The notes under the pieces are model-generated. The model saw nothing but the letters and a program-made list of their open reading frames with translations, was not told the origin of the DNA and did no database searches. The position numbers and the translations under genes are program-made. This document shows positions 29,201 through 32,000 of a stretch of 32,000 nt of DNA, piece after piece (position 1 is the stretch's first letter; each line of letters begins with the position of its first letter). This stretch comes from Telmatocola sphagniphila (GTDB lineage Bacteria; Planctomycetota; Planctomycetia; Gemmatales; Gemmataceae): contig NZ_CP074694.1 in the NCBI RefSeq assembly GCF_018398935.1, positions 2,100,001 through 2,132,000 on the forward strand, in the 5' to 3' direction.

Positions 29201-29430
29201 GAAAAAAAACTTTCCCAGAGTCTAAAACCTCGGAAGGTTATGGTCCGCATCGCGCGGCTGGCCCAACTCGCGACCCAACCGATAAATCCTAATTGATAAA
29301 GCAGAGCGGCCCCCAGAAATACTAGCAGCAGCAATGTCAAAACGAGATAATTGGAGTAAGGACGCCCTAATTCCAGGAACCAGGTAGACGGGGAGTCGCT
29401 CATAGCCCCAAAACCAAGGAGGATTTTCAT
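26227..29430 (-). CDS. Polytopic membrane protein fused to a long HEAT-repeat (PBS-lyase-type) array
   Basis: The 1,067-aa product has ~6 hydrophobic helices in the first ~270 aa, for example 'LVLTLLLLVFLGAALLYQLGFIGWV' and 'IPLLICATIGTIGGFALFNLGLY'. About 800 aa of ~31-aa repeats of the form 'D.(D/E)..VR..A(A/V).ALG.(L/M)G' follow. Confidence 0.88.
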   Translation of the reverse strand: MKILLGFGAMSDSPSTWFLELGRPYSNYLVLTLLLLVFLGAALLYQLGFIGWVASWASRAMRTITFRGFRLWESFFSWASWPIFLLLTITLILVGNELSTRWEMGTLLCSLTVLFMGGTSCLAYMFIDLERYEVERGYKAVHNPLKGQDLAFHLISYGHQVGIPLLICATIGTIGGFALFNLGLYNSGGHSWYELRSDQGPAVLLDFFVSTLLNLLRVVDVLNLANSRHILRLEYVSAVSWPATLPLLAFKSFFTLVLLQQILASLRLGRLLSETIKDFWSPHEPIYQRARNSLPQFGTTVIRPLLSSLRSVPMLPREQRDQLPLIISTIGPSAIPSLIFSLRDEHEHVRAVSAASLGLLRANNSLRELLPLATESSELVRKSVIEALGTIARSDTQTSQRPTRRLLFNAGQRNPFFGWRPQNALLDPVKAVLPVLETALSDSLPAVRIEAVRALGALGPQVATAVTPKLLSLLRDPDETVRCEAAATIGILGDPQGIAVEPLGQMLDEASLVLKATAARALGQLGAAASSQVLSLVTLLQNPEESVRSAAAEAIAQIGTLNVPATDSLIEGLSNPDNLVRAQTAQAVGTMGEVALEVAPALVEAMSDENDVVRARAVEALGKMGEMAAEVAVPSLVHALRDSDNWVSALAAEALGQMKGSADEAIPALIRSLSHVNVRVRCKAAEALGQMGDDTMPVCEALRSACRDVEGSVRGLALRSLSLVSRNPFPAGNSWGPFLEDEDPRVRVAALEAVGRLGEIEDPSLLPQILGLLDDPNDDVKIEVTKVLPLLGGDPSSIVIALTRRLETDDNDWVREHAAKAIGKFGAVAASAGPALLKASRGGEVGVREQALRAIVMIQPPEALEAFAAGLTDPSPDIRKLASAGWMKMPVLPAEVIPELIEALGDPENQVRANAAHALGRLEKLPEESVERLIECASDPDDGLRLGVAIALQASRSSSSRATLGQLLKDTNPKIRLIAAGALLAQDVDSEEGKAVLAESLEDPVPRIRRAALNLIDSLGEKGRSFFAILQLRQDQEEDVEARAILLPVLEKLLPSNSTQPQLTIPE

Positions 29431-30004
29431 GGACCCATAGCTCTAGATAGATATCGAGGAATTGAAGTTGCTCTTAAAAAGCTTTTGTCTTTAGCACCTG
29501 AAAAGGGTTCGCTATCAAGATTAGTTTAAGTCCCAAGAGCCTCACCACTGAAAGAACAGCACTAGCACTTTAAGTGCCAAAAACTCCTTTTTAAAAATGC
29601 TTTACTTGATTTTGATCTAAGTTATGTTATTCGCTTTCAAATCAATCGACTTCGCTTGGATCTGCATTTCGAGGTAATTCGAAATCAGAATTACTCGCTT
29701 TCAGGCGGTTAAATTCGATACCCATTCGCCAGGCGGAATTTGCTTCCTAAATGCTGGTCTGGCTTCCAACCTGAAGCTGAGCTCTACCCAAAATTCCAAC
29801 GCTTCGTTCTCAAATTCCACTCGTTTTAGGAATTCCGGACGAAGCGGGACGCCAAGAAGACTGGGAGGAGTTTCCTATCGATCTTGATGGATTGAAGCTT
29901 AAGGCAGTTCCCGTTTCTGCGGAAAAAAAAAATTCGAAATTTCCCTACCTGATTTTAGCGCCGATATCGCATTCCGCAATCGGAAGCTTAGCTCGAAGAA
30001 TAAT

Positions 30005-30753
30005 CTATTTCAGCCGCTGCGAAAACCAGTGATTGGGTGGAAAATTTTCAGATTCCAGCAACCAGTACTTTTCATCTAAGGACCAAGAAGCCGCGATTCG
30101 ACGAGCGGTTTCAACTATCCTCGGTGTTAATTCTCGGGGCGGTAATCTCCAACGACGCAGTTGTTCTCCGAAAGCTAATCGAAGGGAAGTTTCGGCATTC
30201 GTTGGATTTGTATCCCACAGTTCGGAAGGCGTCGGGACAGTCGAGAATAGGTTTCCCGAGCCATTTCCTCGACCGCAGAACCAATCCCTCTGCTCGGCTG
30301 TCCAGGGCTCCTTCCAGTTAATTCGTTCTCGATGAATCGGCTCGCTTTCCCGGCGGAATTCCAATTCCAGAAGTATTCGATCAAATGCAAATCACTCGGA
30401 GCTATCCCCCCATTCGTAGCGGCCGGGTAGGCTGCGATTCCCGATCTTCGATAATCCGCACAATCACGCGGAGCTCATGCGAAATGACTGCAAAGACGCC
30501 GGAGAACATCCAAAGCTGTGCTTGGTGATAGACCGCCGTCCAGAGAGGAAAGTCATGAGGCAAATAACGTCACGGACATCCCGTTTTCACAACGTAACGC
30601 ATCGCGGTAAACAGATCCCGCTTCGGATAACCGCGTTACGGAGCAACTTTCCGCTTCAGCGTGAAAAAATGGGACTAAAAGCTGCCCTTCGGCATCCGAT
30701 ACATCGCTCGGATAAGACTTCCTTGTGGTTTCCATGGACCTAAAATGCCACAA
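30005..30753 (-). pseudogene. Decayed IS5-family transposase relic (DUF4096-type N-terminus)
   Basis: Frame A reads 'METTRKSYPSDVSDAEGQLLVPFF'. After a shift near the T6 run (A6 at 30664-30669) it continues 'TLKRKVAP*RGYPKRDLFTAMRYVVKTGCP*RYLPHDFPLWTAVYHQAQLWMFSGVFAVISHELRVIVRIIEDRESQP'. The internal TAA is at 30636-30638, and TGA at 30570-30572 replaces the conserved Trp of 'GCPWR'. The 3' half, including the 119-aa track ORF, keeps only faint traces such as 'GLVLRSRKW' and 'ETS...LRR'. Confidence 0.6.
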
Positions 30754-30789
30754 ATACTACACATAAGTCAATAACAGGCTCTAAGCATA

Positions 30790-31230
30790 TCAAAAAGGTA
30801 TGGAGCCATTTGGAATGTATGCCTGCGAAGTCCTGATTGAGGTCGCAGATGATGAAGTTCTAGGTTTGATCGATGCCGTTCTCTCCGAAATCTCGGATGA
30901 GATCAAAAGAACCCGTAAGGGGCAGGTCTGGGACTTGTGGATCCAGGCTCGACTGTTCCACATAGCGGTTGAGAAGCAATCGCCAGCAAGGCTCAGGCCG
31001 AGTGCGCTCAGGTTGTTTAGCCCACCCAGTCCCTTCAAATCCGAATCAGTCACTTCTCCCGGCAAAGAGACCAAGACAACAGGCTTGCCGAGTTGTTTTT
31101 CGTTACGAATGACTTTGCCGCCGATTTTTACGACAAATGAAGCGGATTTATCTTCGGCTTCATCGGCCCGTAAAAGCGACGCTGAGGCGACAGTCCACCA
31201 GACCACGAAACAGAGGATCTGTCGCAACAT
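30790..31230 (-). CDS. Secreted protein with one LRR-like unit; the C-terminal half is doubtful
   Basis: The signal peptide is 'MLRQILCFVVWWTVASASLLRA'. It is followed by 'KIGGKVIRNEKQLGKPVVLVSLPGEVTDSDLKGLGGLNNLSALGLS', typical of planctomycete LRR proteins. The repeat pattern stops after ~95 aa and the rest is Ser/Thr/Arg-rich. A 156-aa antisense ORF overlaps it completely. Confidence 0.35.
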   Translation of the reverse strand: MLRQILCFVVWWTVASASLLRADEAEDKSASFVVKIGGKVIRNEKQLGKPVVLVSLPGEVTDSDLKGLGGLNNLSALGLSLAGDCFSTAMWNSRAWIHKSQTCPLRVLLISSEISERTASIKPRTSSSATSIRTSQAYIPNGSIPF

Positions 31231-31507
31231 TGATATTCTCCGGTCGGAACTGATACAAGGCGTTGGGTAAAATCGGACAGGAAGTAATAGTCTACTTGCT
31301 TCTCAATCGACATCCAGGCTATGCTGAGAAAAAGTGCTCCGGTCAATAAGGCAGAGCATTTACTCCCACTGCAGTCGGCGTGTCGGACCGAGGTAGGTAG
31401 CTGCCTAAATGAAATTCAATGCTAGGATATTCTAGTAGTGAGCAATCAGGTTTCATCGCAGGAGCGTTCTCAGTTACCTTCTTGTTGCCTACGCCTCCGA
31501 AGCGGAA

Positions 31508-31900
31508 ATGATCGCATCATCCGCTGAGCCTGAGACGACCTGGGACGGCTTCTTTTGCCGTGGTCTGGATCGGCTCAAACTTGCAACCCTTTGGGCGTTG
31601 GCCGAAGCGGGCTCGGAGGATGATAGACTCGAACAGCGGCTCGACGCTATACGGACGATCCCAAATGGCGATCGAGGTCCGTGGGTAGATATCGTACCAC
31701 CGAAAATGTTGGCCACACTCGCGGCAATCGCCATGATGGATGATAACGAGCAAGCATCTCTTGGGGAGAGTTGGGCCCAAACTGAAGAATTGGAAGGGTG
31801 GGAAGCAACTGATGTTTTCAACTTGGTGCGGGATATCGGCGACACCGCTGATGCCGCGCGGCTTGAAAACAAGACGCTGCTCCTTTGGACCAGTCTATAA
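31508..31900 (+). CDS. Hypothetical acidic protein (130 aa)
   Basis: The composition looks globular ('LKLATLWALAEAGSEDDRLEQRLDAI...SWAQTEELEGWEATDVFNLVRDIGD'). The overlapping minus-strand ORF is Ser-rich and low-complexity. I do not recognise the family. Confidence 0.45.
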   Translation: MIASSAEPETTWDGFFCRGLDRLKLATLWALAEAGSEDDRLEQRLDAIRTIPNGDRGPWVDIVPPKMLATLAAIAMMDDNEQASLGESWAQTEELEGWEATDVFNLVRDIGDTADAARLENKTLLLWTSL

Positions 31901-32000
31901 GGCGGTCGTATTCAGAGAATCGCTGTGTGATCCAGAATCACCGACACCGATTGTCGGAAGAACTCAACACGGTGTATCGGACCGGCGCGTGCATAACCCG

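Noticed and set aside
26384-29296. Many 60-200-aa ORFs on both strands within the HEAT-repeat gene.
   Set aside because: They are off-frame or antisense products of a GC-rich repetitive gene. The 1,067-aa frame alone shows the periodic HEAT signature.
31489-31872. 127-aa minus-strand ORF overlapping 31508-31900.
   Set aside because: It is a Ser/Ala-rich, low-complexity sequence. The plus-strand partner has a more balanced, globular-looking composition. Both calls remain uncertain.
1-32000. Search for CRISPR arrays, rRNA, tRNA and tmRNA.
   Set aside because: I saw no regularly spaced direct repeats, no rRNA-like conserved blocks, and no cloverleaf-compatible segments when reading the intergenic regions.

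Overview
The window looks like a chromosomal segment from a Planctomycetota-like bacterium. That assignment is an inference from gene content: a planctomycete-type ECF sigma factor, giant multi-PAS hybrid kinases, and HEAT, WD40, TPR and LRR proteins. The region is dense in signal transduction genes. These are a sensor-less histidine kinase with a REC-HPt protein, a 1,922-aa REC-GAF-PAS-kinase-REC protein, and a beta-propeller/Y_Y_Y hybrid kinase.

Three IS families are present: an intact IS66 (tnpA/tnpB/tnpC), an intact ISAs1-family element, and a decayed IS5-family relic. Three genes appear inactivated:
- a WD40 gene with two in-frame stop codons;
- a hybrid kinase with a frameshift in a 6-nt homopolymer that cuts off the end of its receiver domain;
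- the IS5 transposase relic.

I recognised no rRNA, tRNA or CRISPR array.

The most unusual items are:
1. A translationally coupled TPR protein plus a soluble VirD4/TraG-like ATPase at the left edge, with no secretion or conjugation genes in view.
2. A single-polypeptide, membrane-spanning ECF sigma factor carrying a tandemly duplicated extracytoplasmic domain, coupled to a small Cys/His protein.
3. A polytopic membrane protein fused to about 800 aa of HEAT repeats.
4. A 1.6-kb stretch (14321-15921) with no convincing ORF.

All functional calls rest on motifs read by eye. No database search was run.
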